Both the position numbers and the translations under genes were made by a program. DNA of 64,000 bases, from assembly GCA_001600695.1 (NCBI GenBank), contig BCKQ01000006.1, positions 1,050,483 through 1,114,482 of the forward strand. Direction: 5' to 3'. The notes beneath the pieces were generated by a model. That model searched no databases. It was given only the letters and a program-made list of their open reading frames with translations, and was not told the DNA's origin. Shown here one piece after another: positions 45,067 through 57,721 of this stretch (the stretch's first letter is position 1; each line of letters starts with the position of its first letter). Origin of the DNA: Ascoidea asiatica JCM 7603. Lineage: Eukaryota; Fungi; Ascomycota.

Positions 45067-45626
45067 TATTTGTATAGAATAATGTTTAATATTATAATAT
45101 ATATTTATATATATATATTTGAGTAATATTATTTAATATAATAAAATATTGTAGGATATCATAATATATTTATATAAAATAATATATATCCAGATTTATT
45201 TGATAATGAAAATGAAAATGCTAAAAAAAGACAATGATAAGATTTTTTTTTTTTATTTTGACTGATAAGTTTAATTTTAATTTAAGAAAAAGATAAGAAA
45301 ATTTGAAGTTGATTATAAAATAAAGAAATTTGTTTGTCTAGGATTTATAAGACTAATTAGATTAATTAGATTAGTTAGATTGATTATTGAATACAGTCTG
45401 TAATGGGTTTTATAAAATACTCGAGTAAATATATTTTTGGTAGTTATTGTGAAATGGTAGAATGAATGAGGTTATGAATTAAGGATTGGATTGAAGAATC
45501 GACTTATATTACAAATTTATTAGATATTGCAGTTATGGATTATAATATATTTGATATAAATTATTATATTTGAGATTATATTCTAGGATATTTATAGTTA
45601 GTTATTACTCGTTGAATATAAAGTAT

Positions 45627-45678
45627 AAATAAAGATAAATAAAGATAAATAAAGATAAATAAAGATAAAGAAAGATAA
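45627..45678. repeat. 10-bp minisatellite (AAATAAAGAT)x~5
   Basis: Direct reading of the tandem copies. Confidence 0.9.
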
Positions 45679-46640
45679 AATATTTCACGAGTGAATGAAA
45701 TTATATTATTTGAGCATGCGAAACAAAGATCTCGAAATGGTCAGGAAATGGGAATGCCCTTACATCTGAGGCTACAGCTACAACTAACTTTACTGCGCTC
45801 TTCAGCTTATCTAATCTTCCTGGGCTCGATTTCTCTCCTTTGTTCTCGTTTTTTTCTCGTTTTTTCTCGTTTTTTCTCTGGTTTTTCTCTGGTTTTCCAG
45901 CAGATCTTCAAAATACTCGAACAAAAGCTGCAAATGTTTCAAAAGCTCTAGAAGTTGCCAAACTTGATGAGGAAATGAAATAAAATACAAGAGAGCTAGT
46001 TATTCTCTTATTACAGCACTGACAGTAACAGTCACTGATCATTTCTGTTACTGTTCTGCTGCTTGGTTGATTTGGAAGTGAAATAATCAACAAATGCCAT
46101 TTGGCACGTGATTTCGGAGCCTTAAGGTCGGCATGCTGGCTCATAACCGGAATAGTCGGATGTTACGGAATTGGAAACTGTTCAGACGCCAGAATATATA
46201 AATCAGAGTGGCCTAATTTAGAGTGCGTTGTAATAACGATAGCTGCCTTATCTTACACATCTTCTGCGATTTTCCAATTTTATGTATTTTTTCTTTTTTC
46301 AGTAATTATTGATAAGAATGACTTCCGGGGACAGCTCTATTGTACAGTACCATGGTGCTACCGGTACCGCTCTGGGCTCTATCAAACCTCATACTCTATC
46401 TCAGCGTGGGTTAAGAATAACGTAGATGAAACAATAAAAGAAAGCCAAAAATTAAAAATTAAAAATTAAAATATAAAAATTAAAATATAAAATGTAAAAT
46501 GTAAGATAAAAAATAAAGAATAAAGAATAAAGAATAATCTCCACTAACTTATAAAACAGGAAAGCTCACAGTTCATGATTGCAATCCTACCAATTGGTAG
46601 CTACATCTTTGACAATAATAACTAATCTTGATAACTAAAA

Positions 46641-46691
46641 CAACTGAAACAACTGAAATAACTGAAATAACTGAAATAACTGAAATAACTA
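46641..46691. repeat. 9-10-bp tandem repeat (AACTGAAAT)x~5
   Basis: caactgaaac aactgaaata actgaaataa ctgaaataac tgaaataact. Confidence 0.9.
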
Positions 46692-46954
46692 TACTATAAT
46701 AAAATAACTCCAAAAAAATTGATAAAAGAAGAAAAAGATTAACCATTAGTTTTAGAAAATATTAAAGTCTCAAAACACTAGGATTTAAAGATATAAGCTT
46801 AAATAAACATGTTGAGGATGAAAAAAACAAAAAAAATGTGCTTTGAAAATATGTCAAAAAAAAAATGATTATAGTACTTTTCGAAATATAGGAAAGAAAA
46901 ACAGATCAAAGCTTGAAAAATAAAAAGAGTGAATTATTGAATATATTTAAATTT

Positions 46955-47430
46955 TTAATTTAAAATATTACTTAATGATAAAGGCAATGGTATTCCATTT
47001 AAGTCAACTTCTTTTGTTTCTTTAATACAATTAATATTTTCACAATTTAAAGTTAACGAATCAATAAAATTAATTCTTTTTTTAATTTCTTCTTCAGTTT
47101 TATTCGGTAATAAAATATTAATTTCAAAAAAGTTCAAATTTTTAGATTTTCTTGTTCTAATTAATCTATCTTCATCTGCTGTCCATATATTACAATATAT
47201 ATTACAATTTTCATAATCATAATCACAGTTACCATTATAATCACTAATACATTTGAAATTATATTTAGAGTTATAATTTGAGTTGTTGAAGTTATTACTT
47301 TTATTAAAACATGGAGAAAAAGAAGATGAAGATGAAGATATAGATGACACTGAAGATATTGTAGAAAAAGAATTGAAAGGTGATGTTAAATTAGAGTTGC
47401 AATTGTAATTAGAATTAAATGACAGAGATA

Positions 47431-47461
<31 letters not shown>

Positions 47462-48223
47462 ACTTGTTCTATTATTATCTTGTATGGGTATATATGATCT
47501 AGTTGGAGATGATAAATCATTATTAAGTTTATTTGATGAAAAATTTTGATTCTTTTTTGGAGATGAAAGAAAAATAAAATTATTAAAAGAAGATACTTTT
47601 TCTGATTCACCATTATCGATTTTTGATAATTGATTCAATCTACTTATGTTATTATTCAACATACTAGAAGAATTACAATTACTGTTTGTTTTATCTTCAT
47701 TAGATATATTAAAGTGCGTAGAAGTACCAATAGTTGAAGCTAAAATTGAAACAGGAGTACCAGAAGAAGATGAACATGCCAAAGATTTGGTTAAAATTGA
47801 TACAGGGGAATTTAAAGAACTTAAAGAATTAAGAGAGTTCAAAGAAGTAAAAGAACTAAGTGGAGCCATTGAAGAACTTGATGCATTTTTCAAAGATCCA
47901 GATTTCAATCTTCTCCAACGAAATTGACAAGCATTTGGTGTTCTATTTTCAAAATGGGTAGAAATTTGTTTCCATCCTAGCTTTTTCACTTCTTTTAAAA
48001 ACCTTAGCTTTATATCATCTATTGGATCCCAGGAGCTTGGACTTCTATTTATTTTTTTTGATTTCAAAATAGTTTTATTATCTGTTGTTTTATTAACAAA
48101 ATTATTATCAATATTACCAACATCTTTTCTGATAATATTTTTTTTATGTTGACTTAACGATTTTGATTCGTTTTTGATTATATTCAAATCTTTTGATATT
48201 ACTTTATCAACTGATAAACCCAT
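46955..48223 (-). CDS. DOT6: Myb/SANT transcription factor, Dot6/Tod6-like (PAC-element repressor)
   Basis: SSWDPIDDIKLRFLKEVKKLGWKQISTHFENRTPNACQFRWRRLKSG; second Myb-like repeat WTADEDRLI...EINILLPNKTEEEIKKRI. Confidence 0.85.
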
Positions 48224-48402
48224 TTTTTTTAAATTAATAATTCTATGTTTCCAAATAAAAGATTAATTTTCTGTCTATCTTTCTGCTTTAGTTTTTCCTT
48301 TATAGATTTATTTTCAGTATTATTAAGAAAGTAAATAGATTTATTCATAAGATTAATGTTGTTAAATAAAAAATTTATATGATATAATAAAACCAAGCTT
48401 AG

Positions 48403-48486
48403 TATAATACAATATAATATAATATAATATGATATAATATAATATGATATAATATAATATGATATAATATAATATAATCTAATATA
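48403..48486. repeat. Pentanucleotide microsatellite (AATAT/GATAT)n upstream of the DOT6-like gene
   Basis: About 16 tandem pentamers. Confidence 0.9.
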
Positions 48487-49289
48487 GGATTGACTTATAA
48501 TATAGGAATTTATTAGTTAATAAACGTATAGATATCAAAATAATACAAAATATTTAGATACTCTAAAAAATATATAAAAAAAAAAAAAAAAAAAATTAAG
48601 AGGAATCATTATAATATATAAGCAAATGTTATAAAAAGACAAGGATGAGCTGAGCTGGGGTGAGAAGAGAAAATATGAGAAGGAGCAGAGATGAAGTTTG
48701 AAAGTTTAGATAGTATGAAATTGATTTCAGATCTAATAGTTAATAGGCCTTGAATTTTTTAGCAGAACTTCGAAGTTCAATAAAATTTATTGAATTTAAT
48801 GTGGAAATAATAAGAAAAAACATCTTTATTTTTATTCTCAACTTACACTTTCATTTTCCCAGGCATAAATCTTTAAAGGGGAGAGAAATTTGAAAATCAG
48901 ATCAAACTACAAAGAGATTTCGAACTTACTCTGCTTGAGCAAATATTCATTTAAATGTCCCAAAAGCGAAGGGAAGTCACTATTTGCGTATTTATCGCGT
49001 GTCGCCTGCTTCTTTCCTGTCTTCTTCTAGCCTTCTTATTGCTTTTTTGCTGCCTTTCCACTGCGGTACCTCAGCCTGATCAGAAAGTTATACAGGAGTG
49101 GGTGTGCGGGAAAATTGCTAATGGCAAACCTCTTCCTCGCATTTTTCTTCTTCAACGCTGCGCTATTGATTGTTTGTGTTTTTGAAAAAAATACGCCTTG
49201 AACCTGATCCTATGTGGAATAGGATTTAATACCTATTCCCATTACTGGTGTAGTTACAGCAAAACAATCACATAATTCTTTGAAAGATC

Positions 49290-50184
49290 TGGTGAATATT
49301 GCATCTTTTTCAACTATTAATTTACAATCATAAATTCTTTTGATTTATGTTTTGTTTTATTTTTGTTTTAATATTTGGTTATGTCACATGTTTTAGTTAC
49401 AACCAATGTATATGTTTTAAAAAAGTTCTAAATATATGGTTTTGAATTTAATTTCAACTATTATTTTGGATGATAATAAATTTACGTTACCTTAACGTTC
49501 AAAAGGCAAGGTAAATATTGTATGGTGAAACTATGATTATTAACTAAAGTTGGTAGTGTTTTAGATAAACTGCCTTTTTGTGAGAAAGGCAAGTTTATCA
49601 TATGGCTGCGAAGTGAAATTGGTTTATTTGTTTAGCTGAATTATTTAAAATGTATATTATCTATATTTAATTGGTTATCTTTCAATGTTGCGTTTATTAA
49701 CTGATTTTACTGGTCAGTGATTCTTTTGTTGGAGTGAACTTTTGTTTTTATTACAGTAAAGTTCAATTGTGTTTTGAGGTTGTTTGTTTTGGTGATTTTG
49801 TTTAATCAAAATCAATTTTCTCCTATTTTGTTTTAATGTTTTGTAATTAATTTGTATGTGTTTTAGTTTTAAAAATTAATTTTTTTTTTATTTAACAAAT
49901 TAGTTTTGTTTTCAAATTGTTATAAATAAGTCGAATATTTTTTGTTTATTTTTTTTTATTTATTTAAATTTTGTTTTAAATTATCTTAGTTTATTATATA
50001 TAATTGTTTATTATATTATCTACATTTGTTAATATTATTTTATTATTATTACTTTTAATTATTTTATTTGATTAATAAATTAAAGCTTTATTTAAGATCA
50101 CGTTTTACATATAAATTGTTTTGAAATGTCTGTTCTAAGTCTTGAAAAAGAACATAGCTTTTTGTCTGTCTCGAACTCTCTTCT
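49290..50184 (+). repeat. 5' LTR (895 bp)
   Basis: Aligns end to end with 55515-56408; followed directly by the PBS. Confidence 0.93.
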
Positions 50185-50193
50185 TGGTAGCGC
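50185..50193 (+). other. Primer-binding site complementary to the 3' end of initiator tRNA-Met
   Basis: TGGTAGCGC, matching the first 9 nt of the Ty1 PBS TGGTAGCGCC. Confidence 0.9.
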
Positions 50194-50619
50194 TGCAAAT
50201 AATATAACTGATCAAGTTTCTGGAATTGATAATACTTTTGGAAGCATCATGGATGATGATAATAATACAGATGATGGACTTAATGAACCCAACCATTTTA
50301 CTAGTCAAGTAAAATTGACTTCAGACTCAAATCATGGTGGTACTTTAAAACTTTATTATGCTTTCAATTATGCTAAAGTTATCGGTGTTTTAAAGTCTAT
50401 ATCCAAATGGAATTTATGGTATGCTGACTTCGGAAGAGTTATTGGTATGTTGGGAATCAAAACTGTATTACAAAAAAGTATTCCTTTCACAGAATTTGAT
50501 GATAATATTTCAGATATATTAAATCATATTCTTACTCTATGTGTTGGTGATAGTTTTAGCAGGATTTTTAGACCCTTTATCTCATGGTGTGCTTAATTTG
50601 AGAAACTTGGTTGCCAGGG

Positions 50620-51596
50620 TGTAATATTCTCAACGATCCTACTCACCCAATACGATAATCAATATCACCACGTGTCGACGAGTAATTAAATAGCAGCTCA
50701 AAATGCTTACAATCAAAAACCAAAGGTACAACCAACGAAGTGCAACAAAAAGGGGGGGGGGTGATCCAAAAAATTAGATTTATTATTTTAATTTTACTGT
50801 TTAATATATTGATTTAAAATCTTTTATTGTTTATTAAGTTTTAACTCTTAAAATTGCTTGATTGTTGCTAATTATTCAGATAAATTATAATGAGAAAAAA
50901 AGAAATATAAGAGTATTTATATAGAATTTCAAGGCATCAATATATACAAAAAAGTTGTTTAAAAAGTAGTAGAACAAGTAAAAACTAATTGTTGAAATTG
51001 TAAAATTGCAAAATGAAAAATTTAAAAATAATTGTTGAAACTGTAAGATTGTAAATACTAAAACTGACTAATAATTGTTAAAATTGTAAACTTGTAAATA
51101 GTAAAACTAAAAAATAATTGTTGAAATTGGAAGCTTTAGCCTTGGTGGTGAAACTGTAGAAGAAAAATGGTTGGATTTTGAGACTGAAAATGTGGAAGGC
51201 ACTACTAAATTATTTCACATGCAAATGATGGATATTTTTGTAAGAGATTCAATTGGCCATACTGATGCTAAAACATTGACCTATGAGATTAAAGTATTGA
51301 CAATTAGCAATAATGGTTGTTTTTATGAGAGACTTAATAGTTGGATTGTGAGACTCAAAACTTGACCAAGGAGGCGGAATTATTGATTTGTGGGAGATAG
51401 TATGTAAAAATTACATATAAATTTGAAACATGCTTTATTGGGAGGCGATCCATAAAGATGGTGTGGATTTGGTAAAAATTTGAAAAAATGTTAGAGGATA
51501 GGCTGGGACGGAATATATACGGAATTTGAAACCGTGAATGGATAAATGACAAATGGAAGTATGTGATTTCAATTGAGTTTGAATCGCTTCCTTACA
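50620..51596. mobile_element. Nested 977-bp insertion in gag, probably a solo LTR of a different family
   Basis: TGTAA...TTACA inverted termini; AGGG duplicated at 50616-50619 and 51597-51600; removing it restores ...NLRNLVAR|VEKPRMVFE in one frame. Confidence 0.88.
50986..51130. repeat. 43-bp degenerate tandem repeat (about 3.4 copies) inside the nested insertion
   Basis: TAATTGTT(G/A)AAA recurs at 50986, 51029, 51072 and 51115. Confidence 0.85.
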
Positions 51597-54500
51597 AGGG
51601 TAGAAAAACCTAGGATGGTATTTGAGATTTTAGCAGATTTAGATAAACTTTCTTTTTCAGGAAAAGATGTAAATGAATTTATTATGAAAGTAAATTCAAT
51701 TAGGATGGAACTCCGAGGTGCTGAATCTGAGGTTTCAGATGCAACTATTGTTAACTATATTCTAAAAGGTTTAGGTGGTAGTATGGTTGTATTAAGAACG
51801 ATTGTTAGAGCTCAAAATTCTAAGATATCGTTGGATGAGTTGGTTAATACATTGATCACAATGAGTGAAGATACTGATGCAAATGATGGAACTAAAGAAG
51901 ATTCAAATTTGGGTATCAATAATGTTAATAACAATGGTAAAAGTGAAAAGAAACAGAAATATTCTAAGAAGAAGAAATTTTCTGGAAAATGTTTTCATTG
52001 TGGAGTCGTTGGTCATAGGAAGGCTCAATGTTTTAAATTAAAACACGTTAATGGCAAGGGTAATAGTGACGATAGAGCAGGGTTTGAAGCAAATTTCACA
52101 GAACTTCTAAGATTAGATGCTAATTTAGATGCTTCAAAAGATTATACTGAAATTAATAATATAATTATAGATTCAGCAGCTGCTTCATCTATTACAGGTA
52201 ATAGATTATTATTATATGATATTAGTGATGTTAAAGATTCATCATTAAATTTCAAAGTCTAACTGGTAAAAGTTTTACACCAAAAGAAGTTGGTACATTA
52301 GTTTTAGGTACAGATGATGCTAAAATTAAGATTAAATGCCACTATTTTCCTCAAATCAGACATACACTTGTTGCTTCATCTGATTTAGAAGATAAAAAAG
52401 GAAGTGTTTCAGGTAGATAACTTACGTTTGGCAAAGATAAACATAAATTTATTCCTATTTTTGATAAAAATAGAGTTTGGAATATTTATATGAAATTCAA
52501 TAGAAAACCAGATGCTTTGGTAAAGAATGTGAACTTGCATAGTGCATTAGGACATATCAATAAAGATACAATTATGAAAAGTATCATTCATGGTTTGTTT
52601 GTTGGTGTTAAGAACTCTGAGATCAAGGAGATAAAAGATCTTGAATGTCAAGTATGTGCTCTACGAAAGGCAGAAAGGATTGCTAATAGAGGATCGAGTA
52701 TGCTAGATCAAATGGCAGCATCACCATGGGAAGTTGTTCATAATGATATAGCTGGTCCATTTAAAACCATGACTTACTCTTATTTTGCTACATTCACAGA
52801 TGAATTCACTAGTTATTGTGGTACAATACCAATGCAAAATAAATCGGAAGTGGTTAAGAGTTTTGATAATTAAATCAGATTGGTTGAAACTCAGTATAAT
52901 GTTAGAATCAAAAGGATTCATAGCGATAATGGTGCTGAATATACTTCAAAAGAGATGAATTCTATTTGCATTAGGGAAGGAATTTGACAGAGTTTTACTA
53001 CTCCTTATACTCCTGCTTCAAACCCTATTGCAGAAAAGAGAAATCATATTTTGGTTAGAGATGCAAAGTTTTATTAGCTGATAGTCAGAAATTGAAATGC
53101 AGGTGAAAACAATTTTTGTTCGATGCTATTTTATATGGAAACATGTTAAGGAATTGTACTTTTAACAATAGATTAGGAGATAGTCCATACCATTACTTAA
53201 CAGGTAAGGTACTTAACATTGGAAAATTTCATGATTTTGGATCAGAGGTTGTGGTAACAGATCTAAGTATCAAAGATAAAATGAAATCGAAATGTGTTGT
53301 TGGTTATTTTATAAGTCTTTTAACAAAATGTTTTGGATGGAAAATTTTTATTGAAAGTTTGAATAAGTGTATTGACACTAAAAATGTTAGATTTTTCAAA
53401 AATGGTATTGCTCAAGAAAATATCTATGAAAATTTTGAAAGAGAATGGGAAGATATTGATATTGAAGTTGAAAATAAAACTAAATCGGGAACTGCATTTA
53501 AAAATGTAATTCCAATTGATAAACAGGATAGTCACACAGGTCATGATGACAGGGAAGTAATTAATATAGTTCCAGAATTTGAAAATGTTGGTGAAAATAA
53601 AGATTTAGGTGATGAGCATGAAATTGAAAAAAAGGCTGGTGGTGGGGATTCTGATAAAGTTATTCCAAAGAACTTGCAATCAGATCTTGTTAATGCTAAA
53701 GATACCATCTCTATGAATGATAGGTCAATTTCATCTAGGACTAGAAAACATTTTGAAGGCAAGATAACCAAGCCTGTAACAAAGAAAGATGTTTCTAGTC
53801 TATACAAGAACAGGATAAAATTTTTACTTAATAGCTTAGATGTTGAAAATTTATTTCAGGATTTACCTGATGATATCTTGATGATAAATAATATTAATCC
53901 AGTTGTCATTCCTGAGACAGTTAAGCAAGCTGAAGGTTCACAAGGAGGCTAAAGTGGAAAGAAGCTATGGATTCAGAGATTTAAAGTTTAGAACTTCATA
54001 ATACTTGGAGTAAACCTTTCAATGATAGTGATGCATGGAAAAGAAGACCAATCAGAACTAAATGGGTTTTCAATATCAAAGGAAATGGTGAATTTAATGC
54101 CAGATTAGTTGCTTTAGGTAATCTTCAAGATGGTAATACTTATGATGACACATATGCTCCAACATTAGATATGGCTATGTTAAATATATGTATTGGATTA
54201 TGCTTGAAGAAAAAGTTAGTTTTAAATGTGATGGATATTTCAACGGCTTACTTAAATGCTGAACTTGATAAGTATATTTTTATCTATATACCTGATGGTA
54301 TAAAAGGTGCTGATGGTAAAACTAGAATAGCAAAATTGCAAAAGGCATTGTATGGTTTGAAACAAAGTGGTAGATTATGGTACTCAAGCATAGCTGCTTT
54401 TCTTAAAGAAAAGAATTACGAGGTTTCTCCAATCGCCCCTTCTGTTTATTTAACGAAGAAAAATTCTGAAATTATTGCTATTGTATTAGTCTTTGTCGAT

Positions 54501-55514
54501 GATATGGTGTTTATGACTAAATGTGAGGAAGTGTTTGAGAACCTTATGAGAATTGTTCAAAACAAATTCAAGTCTAGAATTACACTTAAACATTCTGATA
54601 GTACAGGTATGTTGTTAGGTTTTAATCTTGAAAAGATTTTTAACACAGATGGATCAATTAAACAAATGAAATTATCCTTAGAAGATAATATCACAAAGTG
54701 GTGTAAAGCTAATAATTGTATTAATGATAAAAGACGTACTCCAATTTCGAGTGGCTTTTATTTCAAATTGGATGATGAAAAATTGGCTTATGATGCAGAT
54801 ACTTTAGCAAACTGTATAAAGAATTACAGATCAATTGTTGGATCGTTATTGTCTATAAGAAATAGAGGTCGTCCAGATATTTCTTATGCTGCTCAATATA
54901 TGGCAAAATTTTGTGAATTTCCACACCCAAAATTATTTAAAGAATTAGAAAATATAATGAATTATTTATATTTCTCAAAAGAAAAAGGTTTGATATTTAA
55001 AGATTATAGTAATATTAATTCAATTAACATTTATTGTGATGCAGATCTTTCAAGTGATCCAAATACTAGAAAGAGTAGTATCGGTATTATATCAAAGTTG
55101 GGAAATAATTGAAACATTTCATGGCGTTCTAAAGTTACTCCTCTTGTATGTACTTCATCAACTAAAGCTAAAATTCAGGGATTGCTGATGGCTTGTAAAG
55201 AAGCAAGAAGGTTAAAAGAAATCAAGTTATTTTTAAATTATGATGTTAACCAAAGTATTGTTGTTTATTGTGATAATCAAGCTGTAATAACTTTATCAAA
55301 AAAAGAAAATGTGAACTCTAGGAACAAACACTTTGATATCAGATACCATGCCATTAAAGAAACTATCACCAATGGTACAATTCCATTAGTTCATATGAAA
55401 TCTGAATTAGTTTTGGCAGATATTTTAACAAAACCTTGTTCAAGAAATGTATGCAAAACTGTTGGTGGAAAGATTTTGAATTATTAATTATTTCAAATAA
55501 AAATTAAGGAAGTG

Positions 55515-56408
55515 TCATGAATATTGCATCATTTGCAATTATTAATTTACAATTCTAATTTGTTTTTATTTATGTTTTGTTTTATTTTTGTTTTTATATT
55601 TCCTTATGTTCCATTTTTTTGTTACAACCAATGTATATGTTTTAAACGTGCTCCAAATATATGGTCTTGAATGTAATTTCAACTATTATTTTGGATGATA
55701 ATAAATGTACGTTGCCTTAACTTTCAAAAGGCAAGGTAAATATTGTATAGTGAAATTATGCTTGATAATTAGGTTGATAGTTCATTAGTTAAATTGCTTT
55801 TTTGTGAGAAAGGCAAGTCTATCAAATAGCTGCAAAACGGAGTTGATTTATCTGTTTAGTTGAGTCATTTAAAATGTATATTAGTATAATTAATTTGTCA
55901 TTTTTCAATGCTGCGTTTATTAACTGATATTACTGGTCATTGATTTTTTTGGTGGGGTGAACTTTTGTTTTTATTACAGTAAAGTTTAATTGTTTTTAGA
56001 GGTTGTTTTTTTTGGTGATTTTTTTTAATCAGAATCAATTTCCTCCTATTTTGGTTTAATGTTTTTGTTATTAGTTTGTATGTATTTAGTTTTACAAATT
56101 AATTTTTTTTTTTATTTAAAAAATTAGTTTTGTTTTCTAATTGATCTAAATAAGTCGAATATTCTTTGTTTATTTTATTTTATTTATTTATATTTTGTTT
56201 TAAATTATTTTAGGTTATTATATATAATTGTTTATTATGTTATCTACACTTGTTAATATTATTTTATTATTATTACTTTTAATTATTTTATTTGATTAAT
56301 AAATTAAAGCTTTATTTAAGATCACGTTTTACATGTAAGTTTTTTTGAAATGCCTGTTTTAGGTCTTGAAAAAGAACATAGCTTATTGTCTGCCACGAAT
56401 TATCTTCA
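55515..56408 (+). repeat. 3' LTR (894 bp), preceded by a polypurine tract AAGGAAG (55506-55512)
   Basis: Homologous to the 5' LTR; ends TCTTCA, followed by the TSD AGATC. Confidence 0.93.
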
Positions 56409-57721
56409 AGATCATTAAAATATAATGGTATAAAATCTGAAGTCTGATCATAGAAAGGTTCGATAACAATCTTTTGGTACTCAACTAAGGAACCATTTTA
56501 AAATATGATCTACAAAAATATCGCTGAAAAAAATATTGATAACAATAAAATCGTATCTCTTTGAAGAAAATCTCGAATAATAGGCGACTGTTTATCGTTG
56601 TCACGTGCCAAATAACAAGTTTCTGTATAATTTTACATCTTGATGTATATAAACTTTGAAAATTTTTATAATGCCTTTATCGGTGGGCTTATCATATTCT
56701 ACATTGTCCCGCTGAGTATTTGAAAAAAGCTCGAAAAATGTCATTATCAATCATATCCCATACTTTGAAAAGTAATCAAGATAATCGAACTGAAAACAAA
56801 TTACTTTTGTTTTTGGTTCGAAAGAATTCTTAATGAGAAAATTTAATATTCATCACGCTGTTTCTTTTAGTAACTAGGTTTTTTAAAAATGATTGGTTCT
56901 TTAAATTGAACTAAAAATCCCAGACACAAATTTCAGATTAAATTTACGAATATTGAAAGAAAAAAAAAGGGGATGAAATTGTGGTGATCTAAAGCTTTCA
57001 TGGATAAGAAAATTTTTAAATAAACAGTTGTTATTTGTAGACCATAAAACAATAATTCCTTGATCAATCACCTCTGTAGTAGTATTGGAATTTGACACTT
57101 AAAAGTGTATCATTTCAAAATCAATAAAATATGATACGCGTATCGATAATTTTCTTGTTTTTCAAATAATTTCGTTAATGCATAACTTTACAATACTTCA
57201 TGCTGAAAAATGTGACTCTGAATTTAATTCTTATCTGTTTGGATCATTCAAGCTTGATTTGATTTGATTTGCATTCCTTTTTCGGACTCTTCTACTTCTT
57301 CACTGGTGTAGTTTTACCTTGACCTATAGGGGCCCCTGGAGGTAATGGGATACTTTTTGTTTTTTGTGAGTCGACTCTTAAAGCTGTAAAAAGCAGTCAC
57401 AATAAACTCAATACATTTTAACAACAATCATCAAATACCGATAACTGCTACATTACCAAAGCATTAAAACTTTTTGGCGAGTAAAATAGTCATTTCGAAT
57501 CACAAACGTTACCAGAACTCCCAAAAAAGTGGTGAAGATTTTTGATCAAGTATGATTTCTTACCAATAGCATCGACAATATAATCAACAACGTTAGGGTA
57601 AAGAACGATTTAAGGTAAAAAAATATATATATATATATATGCTACTTTACATTGAGTAGATTAATCTAAACTCTTTATACAATAAATATCAATATTACAA
57701 GTTTATTCTACGATTTGATGA

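Larger units (their letters stand above)
50126..55487 (+). pseudogene. gag-pol pseudogene (copia domain order)
   Basis: CCHC knuckle CFHCGVVGHRKAQC; protease IIDSAAASSIT; HHCC LHSALGH...CQVC; integrase VHNDIAGP / IHSDNGAEY / NPIAEKRN; RT MDISTAYLNA, KALYGLKQSG, FVDD; RNase H YCDAD, YCDNQA, LADILTKP. At least seven stops/frameshifts (about 50570, 52250, 52418, 52871, 52986, 53070, 53950-53985, 55110). Confidence 0.95.
49290..56408 (+). mobile_element. Full-length but decayed Ty1/copia LTR retrotransposon (7119 bp including a nested insertion)
   Basis: Two ~895-bp LTRs; 5-bp TSD AGATC at 49285-49289 and 56409-56413; TG...CA outer ends; PBS TGGTAGCGC; purine tract before the 3' LTR; domain order gag-PR-IN-RT-RH. 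Confidence 0.97.

Noticed and set aside
50986-51130. Regularly spaced repeat resembling a CRISPR array
   Set aside because: The whole 43-bp unit is a degenerate tandem repeat with no unique spacers; eukaryotic context, no cas genes.
51171-51552. Short ORFs inside the nested insertion
   Set aside because: About 65 aa, no transposase or retroelement motifs; consistent with non-coding LTR sequence.
49290-56408. RIP-like hypermutation as the cause of element decay
   Set aside because: LTR-LTR differences include many transversions and are not dominated by C>T/G>A changes.
56600-56720. GTCACGTG followed by AT-rich DNA, resembling point-centromere CDEI-CDEII
   Set aside because: No CDEIII (TGTTT..G..TTCCGAA) at the right distance; CACGTG also occurs at about 7506, 29376 and 46105 as ordinary bHLH-type sites.
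49236-57351. ACTGGTGTAGTT shared at about 49244 and 57302, and a TCCCATTAC/GTAATGGGA inverted match flanking the retrotransposon
   Set aside because: Only 9-12 bp, inconsistent geometry and no TSD; insufficient to call an outer element.
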